DNA of 41,461 nt from a virus (taxonomy: Duplodnaviria > Caudoviricetes). The stretch lies in the IMG/VR virus record IMGVR_UViG_3300037755_000658, positions 1 to 41,461 of that record; one strand, 5' to 3'. This document shows positions 17,213-25,009 of this stretch, one piece after another. The position numbers were made by a program, and so were the translations under genes. A model generated the notes under the pieces. The model was not told the DNA's origin. It saw only the letters and a program-made list of their open reading frames with translations, and did no database searches. Each line of letters begins with the position of its first letter. The stretch's first letter is position 1.

Positions 17213-17422
17213 ATGACCTTCCACTACACCGACCCCGACGGCGACCACCTCGTGATCACGCCCACCAGACGCTATGGACGGCCCGCCATCAGCCTCCGCA
17301 GCGTCCGCGACAACGGCAAAGGCAGCGCCGCAATCCACATCTACGCCGACCAGGTCGAGGAACTCGTGACCGGGATCCGCGACACCGCCCGACAAGCCGC
17401 CACCGAGAGGGCGCAGCCATGA
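17213..17422 (+). CDS. Hypothetical protein
   Basis: GGAG RBS; FHYTDPDGD start. Confidence 0.7.
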   Translation: MTFHYTDPDGDHLVITPTRRYGRPAISLRSVRDNGKGSAAIHIYADQVEELVTGIRDTARQAATERAQP

Positions 17423-17793
17423 ACGACCTTCCCACCGAGGACCTCACGCAGATCCGCGACCAGCTGCGCGCCGAGATCAGCGAAGCCCGAGGAACCCTCA
17501 AAGACCTCCGCTACGAGATCAAAACCGCCCGCGAACTCATCCCACTCCTCACCGACGAACTCTTCGAAGCCGAAGTGAAGAAACGAGTCGACCAACTGAG
17601 CAAGACCACCGACGAGGCCATGCGGCGCAGCGTCGAGAAAGTCACCAAGAGCTTCGACGACCTCGGCACGCTCCTCAAAGGCGAGGACAGGACCAGCCGC
17701 CGCAAGGGCAAGCCCTCCATCCCCATACTCCTCGAACACCCCGCCGTCATCGCCGGTATCCAGCGCACCCGCGGCAAGGCCGACCGTGAGTAA
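17419..17793 (+). CDS. Coiled-coil hypothetical protein
   Basis: ATGA overlap; heptad pattern. Confidence 0.7.
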   Translation: MNDLPTEDLTQIRDQLRAEISEARGTLKDLRYEIKTARELIPLLTDELFEAEVKKRVDQLSKTTDEAMRRSVEKVTKSFDDLGTLLKGEDRTSRRKGKPSIPILLEHPAVIAGIQRTRGKADRE

Positions 17794-18496
17794 CTGCACC
17801 ATCCCCACCTGCAGACGCACACTGCGCCCCCAGGAAGCGCACCGCACCGCATGCGCACGGTGCGAAGACCGGATACGCGCATGGCTCCGGGAGATCCCCC
17901 ACCAACTCGTCCTCCTCGAGGCCTCCCTGGAGCAAGACCGCCGCACAACCTACGGCGACGGTAGGGGACACGGCGGCCGCGCACACGCACCCATGCCCCT
18001 ACGAGAAGACGTCCTCACCCTCCTCGGCCCCGCCGCCCCCGGCCCCGTACACGACCCCCACCACGACCAGACCGGCCCCGTCCCGCTCCCGGCCATCCTC
18101 CACACCTGGGCCGCGTTCCTGGCCGACGAGCGCGCCACGACGCTCCCCGGCCCGCTACGCCCCAGCGAGCACATCAACTACCTCGCCGCGCACCTCGCCT
18201 GGGCCTGCACACACCACTGGATCGCCGAGATGCACACCGAGCTCCACGACCTCATCCGCCGCGTACGGAACATCACCCACACCCAACCCCGCCGGCGCCC
18301 CCTCGACGCACCATGCCCCGGCTGCGCCGCCTTCGCCCTCACCGAGGAGGACTGGCAACCCTGGATCGACTGCGGACTATGCGGACGACTCCTCACCCAT
18401 GCCGAATACGCCGAGCACGCCGCGGCGGTACTGCCCGCGCTCCACCGCATCGCGGTCCTCATCGCCGCCCAGCACAACACCGAACCGAAAGGATGA
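17786..18496 (+). CDS. Zn-finger phage protein (possible late transcription regulator)
   Basis: N-terminal C-x4-C...CARC, C-terminal CPGC...CGLC; position at end of early region. Confidence 0.65.
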   Translation: MSNCTIPTCRRTLRPQEAHRTACARCEDRIRAWLREIPHQLVLLEASLEQDRRTTYGDGRGHGGRAHAPMPLREDVLTLLGPAAPGPVHDPHHDQTGPVPLPAILHTWAAFLADERATTLPGPLRPSEHINYLAAHLAWACTHHWIAEMHTELHDLIRRVRNITHTQPRRRPLDAPCPGCAAFALTEEDWQPWIDCGLCGRLLTHAEYAEHAAAVLPALHRIAVLIAAQHNTEPKG

Positions 18497-18500
18497 CCCG

Positions 18501-19073
18501 ATGCAATTCCGCATCACCATCACCGGCACAGCCGAACTCCTCATGCACAACGCCCGCCTGTCCAACCCACTCGACCCGGTCGCCAAGGCGATGAAGAAGG
18601 TCAGCTCCAAGCGCACCAAGACCGACGACGACTACGAGGAGATAGCCCGCCTGGAGCACGCCGGCAGCCTCTACCTCGACCCCGACGTCGGCCCCTACAT
18701 CCCCGGCGAGAACATCCAGCGCTGCCTCACCGACGCCGCCAAAGTCACCCGGGCCGGAGTCAAGGTCACCCGCGGCGTGTTCATCTCCACCGACACCAAC
18801 CCGCTCGGCTACAAAGGCCCCCGCGACGTCGACGGACTGTGGGCAGACGAGAACTTCCGCCACATGAAGTCCGTCAAGGTCCAGCAGAACCGCATCCAGC
18901 GCTGCCGCCCCCGATTCCGGCAATGGACCCTCGAAGCAGACGGCACACTAGACACCTCCGTCCTCGCCCTTGACGACCTCTGCGCCATCGCCGAAACCGC
19001 CGGAGCCATGATCGGACTCGGCGACTACCGGCCACGCTTCGGCCGCTTCACCACCCAGGTGAACGCCCTGTGA
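18501..19073 (+). CDS. Stand-alone Cas7/RAMP-like protein (candidate Vipr effector)
   Basis: N-terminal strand FRITITGTAELLMH, RAMP-type PYIPGENIQRCL, C-terminal Gly-rich loop AGAMIGLGDYRPRFGRF; 190 aa; GAAAGGA RBS; no other cas genes in window. Confidence 0.8.
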   Translation: MQFRITITGTAELLMHNARLSNPLDPVAKAMKKVSSKRTKTDDDYEEIARLEHAGSLYLDPDVGPYIPGENIQRCLTDAAKVTRAGVKVTRGVFISTDTNPLGYKGPRDVDGLWADENFRHMKSVKVQQNRIQRCRPRFRQWTLEADGTLDTSVLALDDLCAIAETAGAMIGLGDYRPRFGRFTTQVNAL

Positions 19074-19609
19074 CCCGCTTCCAACCCGCCGGCCCCACAG
19101 TCCGCTGGCGCATCCTCTACGACCTCCTCAAGACCTGCCCCGCCGGCGACGTCCTCACCTACGAACACATGGCCGAAGCCCTCGACCTCCACCCCAACCA
19201 CGACCGGCACGCCATCCGCACCGCGCTGCGCCGCGCAGCCCGCGAATACGAAACCGAGGACAAGCACGCCCTGGTGGCCGTCCCCGGCACCGGCTACCGC
19301 GTCGTACACGCAGACGAACACGTACAACTCGCACGCGTCCAGCAGAAACGCTCCAACCGGGCCCTCGCCCGCGGCCACTCCAAAGTCATCAACGTCGACC
19401 TCAACGGCCTCACACCCGAAATCCGCCAGCTCACCGAAGCCACCGTCCGCGCCTTCGCCATGCAAATGGACTTCAACCGCCGCCTCGACGTCCGCCAGAA
19501 ACGCCTCGAAACCGTCGTCCACGCAACCGCCGAACGCACCAACCGCAACGAACAGGAAATCGCCGAACTCAAACAACGCCTCGCACGCCTCGAACAACCC
19601 GACTACTAG
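19070..19609 (+). CDS. Accessory wHTH + coiled-coil protein coupled to the RAMP gene
   Basis: GTGA overlap; GDVLTYEHMAEAL...VPGTGYRVV winged-helix pattern; C-terminal coiled coil. Confidence 0.75.
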   Translation: MTRFQPAGPTVRWRILYDLLKTCPAGDVLTYEHMAEALDLHPNHDRHAIRTALRRAAREYETEDKHALVAVPGTGYRVVHADEHVQLARVQQKRSNRALARGHSKVINVDLNGLTPEIRQLTEATVRAFAMQMDFNRRLDVRQKRLETVVHATAERTNRNEQEIAELKQRLARLEQPDY

Positions 19610-19610
19610 A

Positions 19611-19725
19611 CTCCCAACCCCACGGCGCCCCCAGGCACGGCCTGGCGCGGCAAGGCACGGCAAGGCGCGGCGAGGCATGGCGTGGCGTGGCTAGGCTTGG
19701 TGGGCCGTCCTCACGAGGACGGCCC
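19611..19725 (+). ncRNA. Putative guide RNA unit 1: 14 phased GGY motifs separated by variable dinucleotides, plus 3' hairpin
   Basis: GGY every 5 nt from 19634 to 19701; NN = CA AC CT GC AA AC AA GC GA AT GT GT TA TT; hairpin GGGCCGTCCT-CACG-AGGACGGCCC at 19702-19725; 5' boundary approximate. Confidence 0.8.
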
Positions 19726-19738
19726 CTCGCCATCGGTA

Positions 19739-19850
19739 CACTCACCCACGCACGGCATGGCGAGGCCAGGCGTGGCGAGGCATGGCCCGGCCAGGCTTGG
19801 CGAGGCACGGCAGGGCTTGGCTTGGTGGGCCGTCCTCACGAGGACGGCCC
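19739..19850 (+). ncRNA. Putative guide RNA unit 2: 15 phased GGY motifs plus identical 3' hairpin
   Basis: GGY every 5 nt from 19754 to 19826; NN = AC AT GA CA GT GA AT CC CA TT GA AC AG TT TT; last 32 nt identical to unit 1; 5' boundary approximate. Confidence 0.8.
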
Positions 19851-20184
19851 TTCACATGTCGCACCCCACTGCCATACTGACGCCTGCTCCGGGCACGTGA
19901 TCGGCCGCTTCACACGGAGCCACCACGACCCGCCGCGCTCTCCCACCGCGCGGCGGGCCGTCGCGTTCCTGCTGGACAAAGATCACCACTTAGCGTCACA
20001 CTCCTGCCAGCAGCACAGGAGTGCCCACCCGAGGAATCCACTGGGATCCGGACTGATGCTCTCGTACCTACTCGAGCGCCTACGCGTTCACTACCGGTCA
20101 GACCGAGCAAGGCGCAGACGCCCTGTGTGCCGGTGCGGCCGTCTCCACCCAGGACCGCGCCGACCGTAAGCCGCCAGGGCGGAG

Positions 20185-20433
20185 GTGAACGCGATCACCT
20201 CCTACACCACAGCCGAGGCCGCCAAGCAGGCCACGCAATGGCGCCGCATCATCTCCGCCGGCTCCGCCGCCGTCACCCCTGCCACCATCCGCCAATGGGC
20301 CAGCCGCGGCCACCTAGAGCCCTACGGCCTCGACGACCACGGCCGCCCCCTCTACGCCCTCGCCGACCTCGCCCGCGCCGAGAAAGCCACACGCGCCCGC
20401 GCACTACGCCTCGTCGGCATCAGCACCCCATAG
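20185..20433 (+). CDS. Small MerR/Xis-like HTH protein
   Basis: VTPATIRQWASRGHL...GRPLYALADL; GGAGG adjacent. Confidence 0.7.
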   Translation: MNAITSYTTAEAAKQATQWRRIISAGSAAVTPATIRQWASRGHLEPYGLDDHGRPLYALADLARAEKATRARALRLVGISTP

Positions 20434-20599
20434 CCCCCGCTGCCCGGCGAGGCGGCCGGAACCCCGCAGGCGCCCCAACGCCCACGGCGCGGGACCGGAA
20501 CCGGGCAGCGGGCCCACGTCACAGAACAGCCACGACGCCACCACACGGCACACACCAGGCGCCATGATGTACCCCTCACACACCGTCCTTGGGGGGACC

Positions 20600-21103
20600 A
20601 TGCATATCCGTATCCGTACGGCCACCGCAGCCACTACCGCCCTACTCGCCATCACCCTCGTGGGCTGCAGCAACGACAGCGGCGACGACAAGGCCGCAGC
20701 CGCCAGCAAGTCACTCACGGCCCGTTCCGCGTTCCAGAAGATCTCTGCGGCAGTGCCCTCAGCCAAGCTCACCGGCACGGTCACCGCAGAGAACGATCCG
20801 AACCACCTGCTTGGTCGGCCGAGTCAGTACACGTCGAAGATCACGTTCTCCGACAGCCGGATCTCTGCCAGTGACGTGAGCGGCACTGAGAAAGGCGACG
20901 TTGGGCGCGGAGGCTCCATCGAGGTGTTCGCCAGCGCCGCAGACGCGAAGGCCCGGGCGGAGTACATCCAGAGCGTGACCAAGTCGCTGCCTGCTCTGAC
21001 GGAGTACGACTATATTCACGGCACGATGCTCGTGCGAGTCTCCCACTACCTGGCGCCGAAGCAGGCCTCTGAATACAAGTCCGCGGCAGCCACGCTCGGC
21101 TGA
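20600..21103 (+). CDS. Lipoprotein
   Basis: Signal peptide with lipobox LVGC; GGGGGA RBS. Confidence 0.8.
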   Translation: MHIRIRTATAATTALLAITLVGCSNDSGDDKAAAASKSLTARSAFQKISAAVPSAKLTGTVTAENDPNHLLGRPSQYTSKITFSDSRISASDVSGTEKGDVGRGGSIEVFASAADAKARAEYIQSVTKSLPALTEYDYIHGTMLVRVSHYLAPKQASEYKSAAATLG

Positions 21104-21174
21104 AGAACAACGACCGCCGATCGGCCCGGCCGCACCGTCCCGCGGCCGGACGTCCGCATGCACGGAGGTGGACC

Positions 21175-21483
21175 GTGGCTGGACGCTCCGAGCTCACCAG
21201 CTACGAGTACCGCAAGATCCGCGCCCGCATCCTCGCCCACTCCGACGTATGCATCCTCTGCGGCCACGGCGCCGCCGACACCGTCGACCACATCCACCCC
21301 GTCAGCAAGGGCGGAGCGCGCAAAGACCCCGACAACCTCGCCCCCATCCACGGCATCAACAAGTGCCCGACCTGCCTGAGGAACTGCAACGGCGAGAAGG
21401 GCGACAAGCTCCTGTCCGAGATCAAACGCCTCGTCAACTCCGTCGACTGGTACGCCGGACCCGACGCCGCAGGCCTCCCCTGA
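21175..21483 (+). CDS. HNH endonuclease (packaging-associated)
   Basis: CILCG...DHIHPVSKGG...NLAPIH...CNGEKG; GGAGG RBS. Confidence 0.9.
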   Translation: MAGRSELTSYEYRKIRARILAHSDVCILCGHGAADTVDHIHPVSKGGARKDPDNLAPIHGINKCPTCLRNCNGEKGDKLLSEIKRLVNSVDWYAGPDAAGLP

Positions 21484-21494
21484 CATAGATCGAT

Positions 21495-21848
21495 TCAGGA
21501 ACTGGGCGTGGGCGAAGGCCACCACGGCACCTCGCCCACGCCCTGCACATCGAGGGCGAGGCGCCGCTCGCCAACGCCCAGCTCGATCGAAGTGCTCACG
21601 TAGGCGCGGCCCATCTGCCCGGTCGGCAGCGTCAGGTCGTACACGCCATCCAGGAACAGATCACCCACCCGATCGGTGGCTGTCGCCCTGCCACCCCACG
21701 ACCGAAGCGGCGGCACGTGCTCGTCGTCGCCACGCTCGATCGTGATCGTCAACTCCGCGCGTACCGACACCCGGTGCACCTTCGCGCCCACCACGCCCGC
21801 CAACTCGGCCGGCCCTTCGTACGTCCACCCATGAGGTTCAGCGTCCAT
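21495..21848 (-). CDS. Counter-oriented hypothetical protein
   Basis: MDAEPHGWTYEGPAEL...LDVQGVGEVPW, beta-rich; GAGG RBS; fills gap between + genes. Confidence 0.55.
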   Translation of the reverse strand: MDAEPHGWTYEGPAELAGVVGAKVHRVSVRAELTITIERGDDEHVPPLRSWGGRATATDRVGDLFLDGVYDLTLPTGQMGRAYVSTSIELGVGERRLALDVQGVGEVPWWPSPTPSS

Positions 21849-21884
21849 CGCCTCATCGTCCCGCACACGCCGGCAAGGAGCACC

Positions 21885-22205
21885 GTGACTCAGCAGGAAC
21901 CCGCGAGTCCCCACGACGCCTGGCTCCCCGAGGCGCACCGCACCGCCCAGACCAGCGCCATGGTCTGGGCCCAGCGCGCCGACGAGGCGTACGAGCTGGC
22001 GCAGCACTTCGAGGACCGGGCGCAGTCCTGGACCCCGAACGCCGCCCACGCCGAGGTGATGGCAGACGAGCGCAAGCAGGCCCGGGAGCACGCCGTACGG
22101 TCTACCGAGGCCCGCCAGCTCGCCGAGATGTGGACCCGCGTCGCCGCTGTCCTCGTGCCCCCGCTGGAGCCCATCGAATGCGTACTGGAGAGCACCGATG
22201 GCTGA
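21885..22205 (+). CDS. Hypothetical helical protein
   Basis: AAGGAG RBS before GTG. Confidence 0.6.
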   Translation: MTQQEPASPHDAWLPEAHRTAQTSAMVWAQRADEAYELAQHFEDRAQSWTPNAAHAEVMADERKQAREHAVRSTEARQLAEMWTRVAAVLVPPLEPIECVLESTDG

Positions 22206-22608
22206 GCCACGTAACGCCCACATCCGGCTCGGCGAGCCAGGTCTCGCCGCCATTGAGATCGACGGCCAGGACATCAGCGACACCACGCGCGGCTTCACCC
22301 TGAATGCTCAGGTCGGCCATGTACCGCAACTCGTCGTCGACCTGCAGATCCACGTCGGCGAGATCGACGGCCAGGACGTCGACGTCCACGTCCCCGCCGA
22401 CACCGCGGCGACCCTCGTCGCCCTCGGCTGGACACCACCCGACGACGGCCAGCCTGTCGAACTCACCGACCCCAAGCGCCACGACGCCATGGTAAAGATC
22501 ATCAAGGCCGAGACGCGCCGCGACCCCAACTGGCTCCGCACCCTCCTACGCCGCGATGCCCGCCATGCCACTCACGATCGAGCCGACTGCAAACGTGCAG
22601 GTCAGTGA
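22198..22608 (+). CDS. Hypothetical protein
   Basis: GGAG RBS; IEIDGQDIS; overlaps previous ORF. Confidence 0.65.
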   Translation: MAEPRNAHIRLGEPGLAAIEIDGQDISDTTRGFTLNAQVGHVPQLVVDLQIHVGEIDGQDVDVHVPADTAATLVALGWTPPDDGQPVELTDPKRHDAMVKIIKAETRRDPNWLRTLLRRDARHATHDRADCKRAGQ

Positions 22609-22615
22609 GCTCCCG

Positions 22616-22672
22616 AGTTTTTAAAATCGGACATTTCGCAACCCCGCGACCCCCTTTTCTTTTTCTCTCCCC
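22616..22672. other. Putative cos (packaging) region
   Basis: T/A tracts flanking GC core ACCCCGCGACCCC, between HNH and terminase genes. Confidence 0.5.
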
Positions 22673-22732
22673 GGGGCATTCAAGGGCCCGCCATGATCGC
22701 GGACCGACCTTCGGCGTAGAGGGGAGGCGATC

Positions 22733-23278
22733 ATGGCGGCTCGCGCCATCCAGATTGGCGAGACCGGCGAACGCGTGGCGGCCGCCGTCGCCACGCACCG
22801 GCAGCGCCGCGGCTGGGACCAGCGCCACCTGGCCGAGCTCGTCACCGCCGCCGGACGCCCGATGAGCGCCTCGGTCCTCGGCAAGATCGAGTCCGGCGCG
22901 CGCCGCGTCGACGTCGACGACCTGGCCGCGCTCGCCGCCGCCCTCGACGTCCCGCCCGCCCGGCTGCTGCCGACGGCCGAGGACGAATCCGCGGCCGCGG
23001 CCGCCGACCCGTTCGAGGACGCAGCCGGACCCGGGCGGGTGAGGGCCCAGGTGCTGGACGACATCGCCGCCCTTGGCGACCTGGAGGCGCTGGACCCCAC
23101 AGCTCCCACCCTCGCCGCGGTGGCCGTACGGCTGGCGCAGGAGATCGACTCCCCGGCCGCCTTCTCCCTGCACTCGCTGTCCAAGGAGCTGCGCGCGGTG
23201 ATGGCCGAGCTCCGCTCCCTGGCGCCCGAGGAGCCGGACGATGACGACGACCTCGACGATCTGGCGTCCCCCGACTGA
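22733..23278 (+). CDS. XRE HTH fused to probable terminase small subunit
   Basis: N-terminal RQRRGWDQRHLAE...KIESGARRVDVDDL; C-terminal helical domain with acidic DDLDDL tail overlapping TerL. Confidence 0.65.
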   Translation: MAARAIQIGETGERVAAAVATHRQRRGWDQRHLAELVTAAGRPMSASVLGKIESGARRVDVDDLAALAAALDVPPARLLPTAEDESAAAAADPFEDAAGPGRVRAQVLDDIAALGDLEALDPTAPTLAAVAVRLAQEIDSPAAFSLHSLSKELRAVMAELRSLAPEEPDDDDDLDDLASPD

Positions 23279-24782
23279 GTTCGGCGAGCAGCTGCAGGAG
23301 CTGTACGGGCTGACGTGCCCGCCGCTGTGGGGTACGCCCCGTCGGCCGGAGTTCCCGACGCTCGGCGGCAAGGTCGCCAAGGTGATGCAGCGGCTCGGCT
23401 ATACGCCGATGCCATGGCAGCGCTACGTGTGGGACGTCTCCCTCGAGCTGGACCCCGTCACGTGCCTGCCCTGGTACCGGCACGTGGGCCTGTCCGTCCC
23501 TCGGCAGCAGGGCAAGACCCAGGGCCTGCTTGCCGTGAAGGTGCACCGGGCGCAGGCGTGGAAGCGGCAGCGGATCATCTACGCCGCCCAGACCCGAAGC
23601 ATGGCGCGGGAGCGGTGGGAGGACGAGTTCTGGACGACGATCGAAGCGTCGAGAATTGCGCGCCGGTTCGTCATCCGTAAGGCCAACGGGCACGAGGCGA
23701 TCATCGCCCGGTCCACCCGGTCGAAGATCGGCATCACCTCGAACACCGAGAAGGCCGGACACGGGCCGCCGCTGGACCTCGGCATGATGGACGAGTTCTT
23801 CGCCCACGAGGACGACCGCCTGGAGCAGGCGTTCTCTCCGGCCATGCTGACCCGGCCCTCGGCGCAGCTGTGGTGGGCGTCCGCCGGCGGTACCGAGAAG
23901 TCCATCCCGCTGAACAAGAAGCGCAAGGCCGGCCGCGAGCTGATCGAGGAGCTGTGGCGTACAAGGCAGTTTCCGCACACCGCCTACTTCGAGTGGTTCG
24001 CCCCGGAGGACATGCCGCGCGATGACCCGGCGACGTGGCGGGCGACGCTGCCCGCGCTCGGGTACACCGTCACCGAGGCGGTGATCCAGCACGAGCTGGA
24101 AACGATGGAGGCCGCGGAGTTCGACCGGGCGTACCTGAACCGCACGCGGAAGTCGACGCCCGCGCCGGACCCCAACATCCCCCGGGCGAAGTGGCCAACG
24201 ATCGTCGACCAGCTGTCCAAGCCCACCCGCCAGGTGGCGCTCACGGTGGACGTCTCCAAGGACCGCGCCTGGACCTCGATCGGGATGGCCTGCGTCCGCC
24301 AGGACGGGCGCGTGCACCTGGAGCTCGTCGAACGCCGTGCGGGAACGGACTGGGCGGTGCCCGTGCTGGTCCGCCTGGCAAAGGTCTGGAACCCGCTGGT
24401 CGTGGCGATCGCCTCGTCGGGCGCCCCGGCCGGATCGCTCATCGACGACCTGGTGACCGCCGGCATCACCACGCCGGAGGACAAGGACAAGCCGCACCGC
24501 GGCCACCTCGTCGTGGTCCGCACCAACGACTTCGTCGAGGCCTGCGGGCAGATGGCCGACGCCATGAACCAGGGCACCGCCGTGCACACGGACCAGGCCG
24601 ACCTGACGGCCGCGGTCAACGGCGCCCGGACGCGCCGCGTCGGGGACGCCTGGGCGCTGGACCGCACGAGCTCCCTCGTCGACGTGGCACCGCTCGTCAC
24701 GGTGACGCTGGCCCGCTGGGCGCTGCTGACCCGGGGACCGCTGGTGCACGACGACTACGACCCCGTGGCGAACATCTGGTGA
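23241..24782 (+). CDS. terL: Terminase large subunit
   Basis: Q motif PMPWQ, Walker A VPRQQGKT, Walker B GMMDE, nuclease-domain TVDVS. Confidence 0.92.
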   Translation: MTTTSTIWRPPTEFGEQLQELYGLTCPPLWGTPRRPEFPTLGGKVAKVMQRLGYTPMPWQRYVWDVSLELDPVTCLPWYRHVGLSVPRQQGKTQGLLAVKVHRAQAWKRQRIIYAAQTRSMARERWEDEFWTTIEASRIARRFVIRKANGHEAIIARSTRSKIGITSNTEKAGHGPPLDLGMMDEFFAHEDDRLEQAFSPAMLTRPSAQLWWASAGGTEKSIPLNKKRKAGRELIEELWRTRQFPHTAYFEWFAPEDMPRDDPATWRATLPALGYTVTEAVIQHELETMEAAEFDRAYLNRTRKSTPAPDPNIPRAKWPTIVDQLSKPTRQVALTVDVSKDRAWTSIGMACVRQDGRVHLELVERRAGTDWAVPVLVRLAKVWNPLVVAIASSGAPAGSLIDDLVTAGITTPEDKDKPHRGHLVVVRTNDFVEACGQMADAMNQGTAVHTDQADLTAAVNGARTRRVGDAWALDRTSSLVDVAPLVTVTLARWALLTRGPLVHDDYDPVANIW

Positions 24783-24790
24783 GGAGCAGC

Positions 24791-25009
24791 ATGAGCAAGC
24801 CCAAGCCGAAGCCGAAGCGACAGCGCTGGCGTGAGCGGTGGCAGACCGCCGCCGGCGCGGCCGCGGCGGCCGTGGGGTTCTGCCTGCGGATGGTGCCCGG
24901 GGTGATGGGCCCGCTGCTCGTCGCATACGGGCTGTGGCTGGCATGGGCGCCGCTCGGGTTCATCGCGCTCGGCGCGTTCCTGGTGCTGGCCGATCGGAGG
25001 ATCCCGTGA
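24791..25009 (+). CDS. Small membrane protein between terminase and portal
   Basis: GAGGAG RBS; basic N-terminus plus TM helices. Confidence 0.7.
   Translation: MSKPKPKPKRQRWRERWQTAAGAAAAAVGFCLRMVPGVMGPLLVAYGLWLAWAPLGFIALGAFLVLADRRIP

Noticed and set aside
19632-19826. Plain microsatellite or canonical CRISPR array
   Set aside because: Dinucleotides vary while GGY phase is perfect, and there are no 25-40-nt repeats with contiguous spacers
19025-20169. ORFs overlapping the GGYNN array (19025-19678 -, 19569-19808 -, 19682-19900 +, 19687-20169 +)
   Set aside because: Low-complexity ARHG/AWRG-type translations of a 5-nt period repeat; no RBS or codon bias
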